From positions 49,940 to 113,939 of the IMG/VR virus record IMGVR_UViG_3300045988_136394: a stretch of DNA of 64,000 bases. One strand, given 5' to 3'. The notes under the pieces were generated by a model that made no database searches, was not told where the DNA came from, and was given only the letters and a program-made list of their open reading frames with translations. The position numbers and the translations under genes were made by a program. The stretch's first letter is position 1; each line of letters begins with the position of its first letter. This document shows positions 47,946 through 58,464 of this stretch, piece after piece. Origin of the DNA: a virus.

Positions 47946-48419
47946 TTACTTCACCGCCTTTCTTCCGACGCTTGTAAGGTTGTTTCCTTCGTCGTCAGGC
48001 TGATTGGTAAAGTCGGGATACGGCGGCACTTGCAAAGTTACTTCACAGTTAGCCCAGCCGACGTTAGACCAGTCCTCAAACATTGCTGTGATTTTCCAAA
48101 ATTCACCGGGCTTGCGCTCGATATAGTCGCCTGTGCGTAAGATTGGAACTCGTGCAATGCCCTCAATAGGTCTATTGTTATCGCTGGCAAGGAATATCTG
48201 TTCTGTATGCGCCGTGCTGTTGATGTTTTCGAGGTGTTGCAAACGATTCGCTTCGTTTGGCTGAAACTGCACGTTTACAGTTGCAGGGCTAAAAAAAAGC
48301 GGTGTAACAATGCCGCTAATATTTTTTTGCCCGGCTGACTGATACAAGATAACTTGTTCGTCAGGATTTATGGCAGTTATAGCACTTCTAACCACCATGT
48401 GCAAATTAATTCCGTTCAT
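47946..48419 (-). CDS. Hypothetical head-tail joining protein
   Basis: 157 aa. Confidence 0.35.
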   Translation of the reverse strand: MNGINLHMVVRSAITAINPDEQVILYQSAGQKNISGIVTPLFFSPATVNVQFQPNEANRLQHLENINSTAHTEQIFLASDNNRPIEGIARVPILRTGDYIERKPGEFWKITAMFEDWSNVGWANCEVTLQVPPYPDFTNQPDDEGNNLTSVGRKAVK

Positions 48420-48433
48420 CTGTTACACCCTCT

Positions 48434-48952
48434 TTATTTAACTTTTACGATATTTGTGACTGCATTTATCATGGTAGACGTATCAATCAAAGCTCGGTAA
48501 GGGTCAGTTGCTACGGCGTTTTTGCCGCTTTGTGCTTTGCGCTGTTTCATGCGGATAGTGGCAGGGCTATTCGGGCGCGGGTCGTTCCACTCCCATTTTT
48601 TTATAGTATCCTGTATGTCCGCTTTCATTTCTTTTGATACAGCAGTGTAAGCATTTAAAAGCGCGCCGTTCTGCGCCGACTTACCTTTTAACAGGGCAGT
48701 AAGTTGCTTGCTCCATTTGTTTTGTTGTTCATCTACAGTCCTTTGCATAAAGGGGCGTTCAGGAACGCCACCAATGCCCTTGTTTTGGATATAGGCAACA
48801 TAAGCAACGTTTATCCCGCTTGGATAAGTTGCGTCCGCTGTAAAGCCCGCCTGTGCTTCCGGCGTTTGCCTTACTAGGTTTCGCAACTTCTTTTTCCAGT
48901 TGCCGGATGTCCCTGTTCCGTTACCTGTAACAAGCTTGACTTTTAAACGCAT
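48434..48952 (-). CDS. Hypothetical virion morphogenesis protein
   Basis: 172 aa. Confidence 0.35.
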   Translation of the reverse strand: MRLKVKLVTGNGTGTSGNWKKKLRNLVRQTPEAQAGFTADATYPSGINVAYVAYIQNKGIGGVPERPFMQRTVDEQQNKWSKQLTALLKGKSAQNGALLNAYTAVSKEMKADIQDTIKKWEWNDPRPNSPATIRMKQRKAQSGKNAVATDPYRALIDTSTMINAVTNIVKVK

Positions 48953-49322
48953 AATAACGCCCGCCTGCTCTGTACTTTGCCGTGAGTGTCCAAAAAAGCA
49001 TACCGCATTGTGTCTGGTTATACCAGTTCAGCGACATTGGTAGGGTATAGCTTGTTGATACCTTGCCCTGTGTCGCGCCGCTCAAAACGCCTACAACAAA
49101 CGCTCCACGCTGCTGTAACTCGCTTATGTGACAAGTGAGCAGGTAAAGCAGCGTTTTACGTTCGTCAAGGTCTTTCACGGCTGAATTGACGGAATTATTT
49201 AAAGCCAGTGTTGCTATTTTGAAATTATTTTCAAGGACAACATCATCTACACCCGCTAACTGCGGATACAGCTTTTTAAATTCTTCCGGGTCGAATATAA
49301 CGATATTGTTATCATCAGCCAT
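48921..49322 (-). CDS. Head-tail connector-like protein
   Basis: Start taken at MADDNNIVIF with Shine-Dalgarno AAGGGGGG. Confidence 0.35.
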   Translation of the reverse strand: MADDNNIVIFDPEEFKKLYPQLAGVDDVVLENNFKIATLALNNSVNSAVKDLDERKTLLYLLTCHISELQQRGAFVVGVLSGATQGKVSTSYTLPMSLNWYNQTQCGMLFWTLTAKYRAGGRYYAFKSQACYR

Positions 49323-49335
49323 TTTTACGCCCCCC

Positions 49336-49929
49336 TTACTTAAAAGGGGTTGTTGAAGCAATAACCTTTTTCGGGTCAAGTGGCTCGTTCCCGTTACGCA
49401 ACTCTTTGCGTTCGTGGATTGCGCTTTTTGTAAAGCGGGTATCTCCGGTTGATGCAAAAATCAAACCGTTAATAATTCTAGGGTCTGATTTATGCTGTTT
49501 TTTAATCAATTCCCACATGTCAGAGGGAACGCCGAAAGTCATACCAAACGCGCCGCCGATTGGGTTTTTACCCATTTCAAGCCCCGCAAGATGTTTGTTG
49601 TTGCCGTTAAATTTAACCTCGGCAAGACTACCGTTTGGCAGTCTTACAGCAAAAATCACGTCTTGATAAGAATTGCAGCATACCGTAACAGTGTCAGCTT
49701 GTTTGGTCGGGGAAGCTTGAACAGGTTGTTTGGCGGTAACTTTTTCAACTTCCTTTTCCTCTACCTCGCTGACTTCGTCGCTTTCGTTGGGGTCATAAGT
49801 AACGGGCTTTTCTTCCTCAATCACTTCTACCCCTGTCGGCTCGACTTCCTGCGGCAGTAAGGCTTCTGTATTCTTATCATCAACGATTGTTACAACTTCA
49901 TCTTCTTTTACTTTTTTTGGTCTAGCCAT
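49336..49929 (-). CDS. Hypothetical protein with an acidic N-terminal region
   Basis: 197 aa directly after the capsid gene. Confidence 0.35.
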   Translation of the reverse strand: MARPKKVKEDEVVTIVDDKNTEALLPQEVEPTGVEVIEEEKPVTYDPNESDEVSEVEEKEVEKVTAKQPVQASPTKQADTVTVCCNSYQDVIFAVRLPNGSLAEVKFNGNNKHLAGLEMGKNPIGGAFGMTFGVPSDMWELIKKQHKSDPRIINGLIFASTGDTRFTKSAIHERKELRNGNEPLDPKKVIASTTPFK

Positions 49930-49963
49930 GTAGCAGCACTCCTTTTTTATTAGTTACTGTAAA

Positions 49964-51004
49964 TTAAACGCCTGTCATTGTGCCGATTGCAAACGGTCTA
50001 TAAATGATAGTGCCGTAAGAAGAACCGACGAATTTTTGATGGAAACTGGAGCTTTCCGGAATTAAGCGCATAGCACGGAATTTTTCGCTAAATCCGATTT
50101 GAGCGGTCGGCAGTCCTTCGATTGTCGGAGCGACAAGCAAAATGGAAGTGCCGCCAGTTGCGGTAGCCAGTTCAGGCAATGCAACGAAACGGATTTTCGG
50201 GAAGTAGGTTTCCAACATCTGACGTGCAGAGATATTGAAGTCAGTTGCTTTGCCAAGTTGTACCTGTGTAGCGGGAGAGGTAGCAAGCACAAGTTCGGTG
50301 TTAGCGTCAATGTGTCCTGCGCCGCGGTCAGCCATTTTGCCGAACAGATACAGTACATCTTCGTAAACTTCTTTAGTGGATTTTTCAGCCCACAGAGTTT
50401 TGGATGCTGCATTTGGCAGCGGACTAACAGCAGCAGGTAAATTCGGGTCGTTGAGCAAACCGTAAATCTCCAAGCCTGCCACGCCATACAAGGCGAATTT
50501 GTTGCTTGCAATATCAATTACAGTAGCAGCAGCACGTTGTTTATCTGCTGCCAGTTGCAAACGTGCGCGGCTTGCGACGTCGACTTCTCTATCGCCATAA
50601 CGGATGTTAGTTTGATAGATGTATTGAGTTCTTACCGGAAAAGTCGGGTTTACATCAGACGCACCGCCTTGACCGTAGTCGGTGTAAGCTTCAACCTCGC
50701 CTGTGATTTCAGAAGTTTGGAAACGTGCATAAGAGGTTGTCCAGTCACCTTTTTTAGCTTCTCCGAAAATCTCCCTTGCGCCACGGGTAGCGGTCAGGAT
50801 AGGAATAACCATAGGATCAATATAAGATGTAAATTCAACAGGAATACCGCTGTTTGCTGCTGTAACCATAGCAGCGTCGTTCGCTAACTGGTCAATGCTA
50901 TCGTTTGCCAAAATGCCACGGATAGGCGCGCCAGTATCGAACACGATACCATATTGTTTCATAACATCAAGCTGTTCTTGCAAGCCTAATTGATTTTCAA
51001 ACAT
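49964..51004 (-). CDS. Major capsid protein
   Basis: About 346 aa downstream of the protease/scaffold gene. Start taken at MFENQ with Shine-Dalgarno AAAGGGG. Confidence 0.55.
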   Translation of the reverse strand: MFENQLGLQEQLDVMKQYGIVFDTGAPIRGILANDSIDQLANDAAMVTAANSGIPVEFTSYIDPMVIPILTATRGAREIFGEAKKGDWTTSYARFQTSEITGEVEAYTDYGQGGASDVNPTFPVRTQYIYQTNIRYGDREVDVASRARLQLAADKQRAAATVIDIASNKFALYGVAGLEIYGLLNDPNLPAAVSPLPNAASKTLWAEKSTKEVYEDVLYLFGKMADRGAGHIDANTELVLATSPATQVQLGKATDFNISARQMLETYFPKIRFVALPELATATGGTSILLVAPTIEGLPTAQIGFSEKFRAMRLIPESSSFHQKFVGSSYGTIIYRPFAIGTMTGV

Positions 51005-51021
51005 TGTTTTATCCCCTTTCA

Positions 51022-51513
51022 TTAAGCCCAGTTACTGATGACGATAATATCGCCTACAGCACCGCCGCCGTTAATATTTACTACTTTATAATCAGTTTCT
51101 ACTGCACCATCTACAGTGACGCCTGCTGTGTCAGTTTTGATAGTACCGTCTGCAAGCACTGCGAAAACGCTTTGTCCTACGGTGGCAGCCGTCCCTGTAA
51201 CAACAGCAAAGTCACCTTTGACTGCTACGGATACGGGAAAGCCTTTAGGAACAGTGTTAGAAGCTGATTCGTTATAACCCAGCGGGTTAGTGATTTCACG
51301 CACTGCAAAGCCCAGCGGCACACCTGTGCCTGTGGATTTTACAAAAGCGTCGTTATTGTTTGCGGTTGCCGCCCATACGAAACCGCCAATAGTTACGGTG
51401 TCGGCTGCGCAATAGCCTTTTTGAGTGCTTACTAAAGGATTGGTACTCATATGTTGACCGGGTACACCAATAGCAGGCAGGATGTTTACTTGTCCTTGAA
51501 ATTTGTTAGCCAT
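51022..51513 (-). CDS. Hypothetical head (decoration-like) protein
   Basis: 163 aa, Gly/Val/Thr-rich. Confidence 0.35.
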   Translation of the reverse strand: MANKFQGQVNILPAIGVPGQHMSTNPLVSTQKGYCAADTVTIGGFVWAATANNNDAFVKSTGTGVPLGFAVREITNPLGYNESASNTVPKGFPVSVAVKGDFAVVTGTAATVGQSVFAVLADGTIKTDTAGVTVDGAVETDYKVVNINGGGAVGDIIVISNWA

Positions 51514-51530
51514 TTTTCTTTGCTCCCTTC

Positions 51531-53090
51531 TTATCGAATAGTGATGTTTTTCAAGTTTTTCATGTATTCAGGAGTTTTTTCACTGGATACGCTGAATTTC
51601 TTGATTGCTTCGTCGTTAGCGTGGGTTACGTCAAAACGTTGTTTTTGCAACACGTCAACCATAGCTTTGTAAGATTCTTTGGGATATTTAGAAGTATCAA
51701 TGCCTTTAGCTTGCAAGGCTCTTGCGTAGATATCTTCTGCACTGTCATACGCCATAGCGTCGACGTTACCGAGTACGAAAGCGCAAGCGTTAGCGGCAGC
51801 GTTAAGTTTTTTCACGCGTTCCATAACATTTTTTTCCGCTTCTGCTTTAGCATTAGCCAGCAATGCGGGAAGTGCGTCTTTAGCAAGGTATTTTTCCTCA
51901 CCTTCGCGCTCGTGGTCGCGGTCAATCCGTTTCGGATTGTCTTTTTCGTAACGCTCGCCTGCTTTGATACCCATTTCAAAACCCGCTTTAAAAGCAGGGT
52001 CTTTCATGCGTTCTTCGAGTTCATCATCTTCGGCTTTTTCTTCCTTGTCCTCGTCTTTAGCTTTTTTTGCTAAATATTCTTCCATGCCTTTACGCTCATG
52101 TTCTTTATCGAGTTTTGCGCGTTCTGCTGGATTCTTTTCCAATTTCTCGCCTTTGGATACGCCCTCGGCGTAAGTCAATTTTTCATCCATACCTTCACCG
52201 CCTTTTAATTCTAACAGTTTCGCCTTAATAGTGTCTTTTTGTGCAGCTTCCAGCCCTGTAAAGAATTTATCTACAAGGTCGTCGATAGAAATATCTGCGT
52301 CCACATCCAAGCCAATTTCTCGGGGGTCGTAACCTTCTACCTGCGCTTCAACCACATTTACAGCCTTTTGCAAGTTAGCCAATACAACTTCCGCTGCTTC
52401 GATACCTAAATCAGCGTCTTTTGCGAAAATAACACGCTGTAAATCAGCTTTGCGGCGTTTAAAGCTTAAAATATCTTTTGAAAGATTTTTCATTTGTTTT
52501 TTTTCTCCCTTCGTTGTTTTTTCTATCTCAACAGGTAAACTGTCGGATACAACTACATCACTGCCAGCCCTGCCTTGCGGTACAAGGGCAACGTGATTTC
52601 CTCGAATATCCCTCATAACAAAATCATATTTTGCGCCCTTATACTCCCCTGCGGTCATATCGGGCGTATAGCGGTAGCTGCAAGATATCTGCTTACAACT
52701 TCCGTCCTCGACGGATTTAATCGCCTTTTTATCTGTGATAGATAACGCATTCAACAAATACGGTTCTTCAAAGCGTGCCTCTGTTCCTGTGCTGCCTACC
52801 TGATATTCTTTAGGCGGCGCGTCGGCGGTATAGTCGTGGTGTCCCTGCATTAGCGGCAAGCCGTTAAATGTTGGGGCAGCTTTCGCTAATTCTTCCGGGT
52901 CACGCAGTCCATAGTAGACACGTTCGGGGTTTAAGCCTAAATCCTGCCAGTTCGGAATTTCACGCCCTAAATACGGGTTTACAGTCGCCTTACTGATTGG
53001 GCAGGCGTCAACGTGCATAAATCCGTTTTCGTCTATTCTGCGCGCTGTTATGGCGGCGTCAAACGCTAAAATATTGTTTTCCCGTTCCAT
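51531..53090 (-). CDS. Prohead protease / scaffold fusion (Mu gpI-like)
   Basis: 519 aa with a highly charged KE-rich C-terminal half. Confidence 0.45.
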   Translation of the reverse strand: MERENNILAFDAAITARRIDENGFMHVDACPISKATVNPYLGREIPNWQDLGLNPERVYYGLRDPEELAKAAPTFNGLPLMQGHHDYTADAPPKEYQVGSTGTEARFEEPYLLNALSITDKKAIKSVEDGSCKQISCSYRYTPDMTAGEYKGAKYDFVMRDIRGNHVALVPQGRAGSDVVVSDSLPVEIEKTTKGEKKQMKNLSKDILSFKRRKADLQRVIFAKDADLGIEAAEVVLANLQKAVNVVEAQVEGYDPREIGLDVDADISIDDLVDKFFTGLEAAQKDTIKAKLLELKGGEGMDEKLTYAEGVSKGEKLEKNPAERAKLDKEHERKGMEEYLAKKAKDEDKEEKAEDDELEERMKDPAFKAGFEMGIKAGERYEKDNPKRIDRDHEREGEEKYLAKDALPALLANAKAEAEKNVMERVKKLNAAANACAFVLGNVDAMAYDSAEDIYARALQAKGIDTSKYPKESYKAMVDVLQKQRFDVTHANDEAIKKFSVSSEKTPEYMKNLKNITIR

Positions 53091-53169
53091 ATGGTCAGCC
53101 CTTTCGTTTTAACTATTTTTATACAAATGTCTTTATTTGTTATTTTGATTATATCACAGGTTAATTTAA

Positions 53170-54015
53170 TTATTGCTCGTTAGCGAGTAATTCGGTGATA
53201 TCAGGTCGAAAATCACACCTGCAATATGGCAGTTCTCCCGGTAAAACATTTCTGCCTACATCTTCGTCATAAAGCCCCTCGTCTAAATCAAATGTCTTTC
53301 CATTCATTGCAATGTGTGTTTTACGGCTGCTTTTCTCGCCGGGTATATGTATCCATATGCCTTTTTTTATGCCGATATCCTTCGTCTGCATAACGTTTAA
53401 CGCCTGCGTTGCCTTGTTGGTTTGGTCTATGGCTATCAGTTCTGCCCGCCGTTCTGTAACCTTGTTAAGGTCTTTTATGTGCTGAAATATGCTTGCCATA
53501 TCCCGCCCTTTAAGTGCGCTGTCAATTACAACATTGGTTAATTTATCAAAGTATTTAGGGGCAATACTCTTTATCAAATTTACGTTACTCGCTACCATTT
53601 CTTCAAGTAGCGGTTGATGTAAGGCACTAATGTGAAAATCTATCACAATGCCCGCTTTTTTTAGATTAGCCATAAGCCCCGCTTTAGTCTGTTTATCTAT
53701 CTTACCGATAAACTTGCTGGCTATAGCGTCCAGTTCCTCGGCTTCCCATTCGCTTATATATCTGCCGAAACGCGCTTTTATAGCGTCAATAAGCTGCTGT
53801 AAGCGTCTATTGTCGAAATCAACGGGCGCGTCATTTGTTACCATTTCCGACGCTCTAAACAGCTTGTATTTTTCAAGCACAAACTTTAACGCTGCCTTTT
53901 CCATTTGTTTTATTAAGCGGCGTATCGAACGGGCGTATTCGTTCTGTATTCCGACGCTGGCAGGTATTCCCGGTATAGTTACCTGTCGCCGCCGTCGTCT
54001 GATTTTCGACGCCAT
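53170..54015 (-). CDS. Mu F-like / SPP1 gp7-like head morphogenesis protein
   Basis: 281 aa after the portal gene. Confidence 0.55.
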   Translation of the reverse strand: MASKIRRRRRQVTIPGIPASVGIQNEYARSIRRLIKQMEKAALKFVLEKYKLFRASEMVTNDAPVDFDNRRLQQLIDAIKARFGRYISEWEAEELDAIASKFIGKIDKQTKAGLMANLKKAGIVIDFHISALHQPLLEEMVASNVNLIKSIAPKYFDKLTNVVIDSALKGRDMASIFQHIKDLNKVTERRAELIAIDQTNKATQALNVMQTKDIGIKKGIWIHIPGEKSSRKTHIAMNGKTFDLDEGLYDEDVGRNVLPGELPYCRCDFRPDITELLANEQ

Positions 54016-54111
54016 ACATTAGCCCCCTTTTGTAAGGTTTATGCGGAATTATTTGATATAACCCCGCATTTTTTTCCATTTTACTTATTTTTAATCAATT
54101 ATTTCGTTTTT

Positions 54112-55731
54112 TTATTCAACTTCTTTTGGCGGCTTTTCATCTTGGCTCAAAACTTCCCGCTTTTCAGTTAATCCTAACAGTTCGCGTTCTTCCTCGCTTA
54201 ATTCTTCCTCGGGTACGCTTTCTTCGTTGAGGTTATTAAAACCGCTTTTCGGATCAGCTTTCAGGCACTCCCTGCCCTCGTCAGGACTGATGACGCCATT
54301 AGATATATAAATCTGCTGCGTTTCAGCTTTGATTTTGTTTACAGTAGCTATGCTTTCTTCTTTTTCTTCTGATAATGGATTGAAGGTAAAAGTTATCTCG
54401 TTATCTATCTCGCCCCATTCCTGCACTTGTAGTACCTTTAAGACGTATTCTATTTGGTCACGCAGTTGCTTTTCTTGCTGGCTGGCTATGTGGTCGTAGT
54501 GGTTATTTAAATCACTTTCACCTGTATTAAATCCGGACGGCGTTAAGCCCCACATTTTTGTTACAGGCTCATTAAAGTAAGCCGCCACTATCTCCATTGC
54601 CTGACTTACTATATCCTTTACACCAGCTAACGACGTTGATTTTATATCAATATCTTCTGATTCTTTATCTATCAACATTACCCCGTCGTTACTGCGATAC
54701 TGGACGAAGTTATTTACACGGTTATCAATCTGCGCCCAGTCACCGCCCGAAAAAATCTGCTCGTTAAGATTCGTTTTGAATACTGTTAAACTAAATTTAT
54801 TTAACAGCCTTGCTTCTGCTTCTCGGCACTCCGTAAAGTGCGCCACGGCGTCTAATACAATCTGTGCAAGCGGAATACCGAAAAAGTTATATGCCGGGCG
54901 TAAAATCGTCGGCAGTTCGTTTTCTTGCACTGGAGGCAGGAAGCGGCTTGCGTCTACCGCTTTGCCCATGACAAACCAGTATCGCGGTTTGAAGTAATAT
55001 TCTTGCAGCGGGTCTGCTGCGTTGTATTGACCGGGGGAAAGGTTATACGGCTCTATAACTTTCAAACGCCGCAGTTTTTTACCTCGTAATTCGTTCTTCG
55101 TTAAAATTAATGGATTTAGCAGGTTTTCACTGGCGGTGTCGATTCCGTCAAAGTCCATGTATACTAAACTGCCGCCGTAGTATTTACTGATACTTACCGC
55201 TTTGCGTAGTGTCGGCAGCAGGTTTATCTTGGTTATTAATTCGTTAAGTCTGTCCAGCTTTGCCTGTTTATCGGTATCAGGGTCATTGTTGCCCTTTGTT
55301 GTTAGCGTTATACCCTTTTCTACCATTTCATCAGCAATCATCTCACAGCCTGCCCGAATAAGCCCGTTTTGCGCAAGCCCTGTTAAATAACCGTAGCCTA
55401 AAAATTGCGGGTATGCACTCATGCCCATTATAGAGATAGCATGATGTAGCAATGAATGACATTGACCTATAGCAGCGTCATTTGCTTTTTTGGTATCTGC
55501 GTCTACCTCTGCTAGCGTAGCTGGCGCACCGTACATTGTTTTAATGTCGGCAAGGGTCGGCACCCTTGGCGTACCTTCTACCGGGTTAATAAGGTTTAAT
55601 GCTTTCAATCTCGGGTCTTTTCTGATTCGTTCTTTGTTGTTGAAAGCCTGATTTTCGTTGCCGCTATTTTTTCGGGCAGTGTTCAGTGCTTTCTGTCGGA
55701 TACGTTTCTGCGCGTTTTTGCTGTTGTTCAT
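54112..55731 (-). CDS. Portal protein (Mu gp29-like)
   Basis: 539 aa after the large terminase gene. Confidence 0.6.
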   Translation of the reverse strand: MNNSKNAQKRIRQKALNTARKNSGNENQAFNNKERIRKDPRLKALNLINPVEGTPRVPTLADIKTMYGAPATLAEVDADTKKANDAAIGQCHSLLHHAISIMGMSAYPQFLGYGYLTGLAQNGLIRAGCEMIADEMVEKGITLTTKGNNDPDTDKQAKLDRLNELITKINLLPTLRKAVSISKYYGGSLVYMDFDGIDTASENLLNPLILTKNELRGKKLRRLKVIEPYNLSPGQYNAADPLQEYYFKPRYWFVMGKAVDASRFLPPVQENELPTILRPAYNFFGIPLAQIVLDAVAHFTECREAEARLLNKFSLTVFKTNLNEQIFSGGDWAQIDNRVNNFVQYRSNDGVMLIDKESEDIDIKSTSLAGVKDIVSQAMEIVAAYFNEPVTKMWGLTPSGFNTGESDLNNHYDHIASQQEKQLRDQIEYVLKVLQVQEWGEIDNEITFTFNPLSEEKEESIATVNKIKAETQQIYISNGVISPDEGRECLKADPKSGFNNLNEESVPEEELSEEERELLGLTEKREVLSQDEKPPKEVE

Positions 55732-55746
55732 TTCTTTTCCCCCTAT

Positions 55747-56997
55747 TTATCTGCGTTTTACTTTCATTGGCGGGTGACTGTTTTCTAATGCGTATCTAAC
55801 GGCGTCTATAGTATGGTCGTTGCCGTCAGGGTAGTTTGCGATATAGTTACCGTTTCTATCCTTTTTTAGCTCGTATTGGGCGAATTCTCGTGCTGCATTC
55901 GGGCAGCGCATAGGGTCTATAACGATTTCTAACAAATCATCTGTTAAGTATTTATAGCCCCATTCTCTCGAGCCTTGCCCCTTTTTAGCCGGAATAACAT
56001 TAATCCCATAGCTTTTTAGGCTCATTAATGTTTCATGCTGGATGTCGCTTACTATAAGCCTGTTGCGTGGATTTTCTTTTTTGATGTGTTCTGCTAACGT
56101 CCAGCTAGGGCAGCCACGGGCATAGTATTCATTGAAAATATATAGCTTGCGTGCTGCCGTATCTAGGTGCATAGTCATATACGCCATAGGGTCGATTGAT
56201 ACGCCTAAATCAAGCCCACGCTTAATATTATCGAAATGCGATATTTCTTCGTTCGTGATTGGTCGCAGTTTTAAGTTAGTGAATATCTCTCCGCCTGTTC
56301 CTGTGACTTCACCTAAATACTCATGTCTAAACCTGCGGGGCTGATATACTGCCATAACTGATGCTTCGTAGAGGAACTGTTTCCCTACCCATTCGGGCGG
56401 GGCTTGCAGGTAGTTGCTTTTGTGTAACAGTTTATCGGGTCGAGCTTTCAGTGCTTCGTTGTTCACCCAGCTTTGCATAGACGCAGGCGGGTTATATGAA
56501 TAAAAGCACCAAAAACGCTCGCCGCCACGCAATACTGATTGCAATACCTTTTCTATTTCTTCGATACCTGAAAATTCTTCTAATTCCTCAAACCATGTGA
56601 TAGCATAGTAACCTTTTTTTACTTTTACGGACTTGCGTTTTGTGGGGTCGTCCAATCCCCAAAACAATATTTTCTGCCCGGTTTTTTTGTAGATAAACGA
56701 CGGCGGCGACACTCTAGCTATAAAAAAATCATTTAGCCCCAGCTTTTCTATAGCCCATGCTATTTGTTCGTAAACTGTTGTTTTTATCGTTAATCCAACT
56801 TTGCGGAAAACGATAACATTTATAGTCGGGTCTATTAGCATAAGCATGATGATAAATATACTTATAGCCGACGACTTTAGCGAACCACGCCCGCCGCTAA
56901 ACCAATAATGCGTAAATTCGTGATTCATCACCTGATGATAAACTTTGTAGAAAGCTTTGCCGATACAGTCAGTTAAATTAATCTTTGGCGGGGTCAT
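55747..56997 (-). CDS. Terminase large subunit
   Basis: Walker A motif FSGGRGSLKS. Confidence 0.75.
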   Translation of the reverse strand: MTPPKINLTDCIGKAFYKVYHQVMNHEFTHYWFSGGRGSLKSSAISIFIIMLMLIDPTINVIVFRKVGLTIKTTVYEQIAWAIEKLGLNDFFIARVSPPSFIYKKTGQKILFWGLDDPTKRKSVKVKKGYYAITWFEELEEFSGIEEIEKVLQSVLRGGERFWCFYSYNPPASMQSWVNNEALKARPDKLLHKSNYLQAPPEWVGKQFLYEASVMAVYQPRRFRHEYLGEVTGTGGEIFTNLKLRPITNEEISHFDNIKRGLDLGVSIDPMAYMTMHLDTAARKLYIFNEYYARGCPSWTLAEHIKKENPRNRLIVSDIQHETLMSLKSYGINVIPAKKGQGSREWGYKYLTDDLLEIVIDPMRCPNAAREFAQYELKKDRNGNYIANYPDGNDHTIDAVRYALENSHPPMKVKRR

Positions 56998-57586
56998 TTA
57001 TCTTTTTCGCTAAATCTTCAAAGTTTTGCGCTGCTTTTAGCGCGTCGTCGTAGGTTGGCAATTCACTTTCTTCTGCTGGCTGTTCGGCTGGTACATCAGC
57101 GACGATTGTTGGGGCTAAAGCTATAGCTAGAGAGTTTTCTCCAAATAACTTATGATATTTACCCATATTCTCGCTACCTGCTTTTATAAGCGTGTTTTCC
57201 ATGATATAGCCGTCGGTATATATCTTTTCCATTTGCCCTGTTTCTTGATTCTTTTTTAAAACGTACTTTTTGTATTCTATTGTTTCTTTGACCTTGCCCC
57301 GCATTTGGTCTGTGTAGCTGCGGATTACTTCTTTGACTTCTGCAATGTCGTCTAATTCGTATTTTGCTCGAAGTTCTTCTACATACTCCTGCACCCACGG
57401 GCGGGAAAAAATCATGTATGCCGTGCGCCGGGCTGTTGTTTCTGCAAAGCCTGCGGCTTTTGCGGCTTTATAAAAATTAAAGCATTTTAAATATTCTCTT
57501 GCAAACTTTTTTTCACGGTCGTTCGCTACCCGTTTTTCACCAGCTATACGAACAACGGCAGAACGTTTGCGTTTTGGACTAGCCAT
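56978..57586 (-). CDS. Terminase small subunit
   Basis: AREYLKCFNFYKAAKAAGFAETTARR pattern. Start taken at MASPKRKR with Shine-Dalgarno AAGGGGGG. A minus-strand extended -10 promoter TGcTATAAT lies at about 57612-57620. Confidence 0.5.
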   Translation of the reverse strand: MASPKRKRSAVVRIAGEKRVANDREKKFAREYLKCFNFYKAAKAAGFAETTARRTAYMIFSRPWVQEYVEELRAKYELDDIAEVKEVIRSYTDQMRGKVKETIEYKKYVLKKNQETGQMEKIYTDGYIMENTLIKAGSENMGKYHKLFGENSLAIALAPTIVADVPAEQPAEESELPTYDDALKAAQNFEDLAKKINDPAKD

Positions 57587-57691
57587 GTTACGCCCCCCTT
57601 TTTTTGTTTTCATTATAGCACAATCTTTTAAAAAACTATAATTTATCCTGCTTACGTGGTACAATGGTATAAAACGATTAGGGGGGCTAGT

Positions 57692-58462
57692 ATGTCAAAA
57701 AAATCCTATACAGAAGCCGAATTGATTAAGGTTTTTAATCTTCCCTGTAGTAATATTCTTGACTTTTTCGACAAATACGAGTGTAAGCGTGTCGTTATTG
57801 GGTATCCTTCTATATCTCACGTTATTTACGGATATAACAATCCTGAATATCTGCCCGATATCGCGCATTTAATTGATTATGGCGTCGGAAAAACTGTAAT
57901 CATAAGCAGTTACGAAACAGGCTCGCCAAGATATCAAGTCTATAACTTTCCTGATAGGCGGCAGGCTATTACTTTTGTAGATGAAGTCGAATATACGTTG
58001 TTTGTTCCTATTGATTGTATCTTGAATTTCATAACTCAAAAAATAGGCTTTTGGTCTTATAAGACTACAGTAAATATTCTTGACGATAACGAATATAATA
58101 TTATTCTTGTAGTTGAAGGGCGCAGGATTGAGCTGACTGACGATAACTTTATGGATAGAGTTTTAATTACTCAAAAAACTCTGCTTATCGAAAATGATTC
58201 GATAACCCACGCTAAAAGCGCAGTGGAATATTACCGCAACATTTTTAAAATGTCCCGTCGCTTTGTTGCAGAGATAACAGGTATCCCGCTTAAAACGCTT
58301 AATGCTTTTAGTTCATCTCCTGACCGTTCAATCTTAAAAACGAATGCGCTCAACGTGTATAAGCTAGCGCAGTTATTCGGGGTAAGCATGGAGCAGCTTT
58401 TATTGACTGAATGCGAAATAAACCCTACTAGTAAGGCTTTTTTGGAAAGTAAAGAGGTTTAA
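57692..58462 (+). CDS. Regulatory protein with a C-terminal XRE-type HTH
   Basis: AEITGIPLKTLNAFSS...VYKLAQLFGVSMEQL. Start taken at MSKKSY with a GGGGGG Shine-Dalgarno. A plus-strand extended -10 promoter TGgTACAAT lies at 57657-57665. Confidence 0.45.
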   Translation: MSKKSYTEAELIKVFNLPCSNILDFFDKYECKRVVIGYPSISHVIYGYNNPEYLPDIAHLIDYGVGKTVIISSYETGSPRYQVYNFPDRRQAITFVDEVEYTLFVPIDCILNFITQKIGFWSYKTTVNILDDNEYNIILVVEGRRIELTDDNFMDRVLITQKTLLIENDSITHAKSAVEYYRNIFKMSRRFVAEITGIPLKTLNAFSSSPDRSILKTNALNVYKLAQLFGVSMEQLLLTECEINPTSKAFLESKEV

Positions 58463-58464
58463 GT

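Noticed and set aside
50062-50517. Minus-strand ORF 50062..50517 inside the major capsid gene
   Set aside because: It is an alternative frame of the capsid gene with an unnatural composition. The capsid frame is the plausible one.
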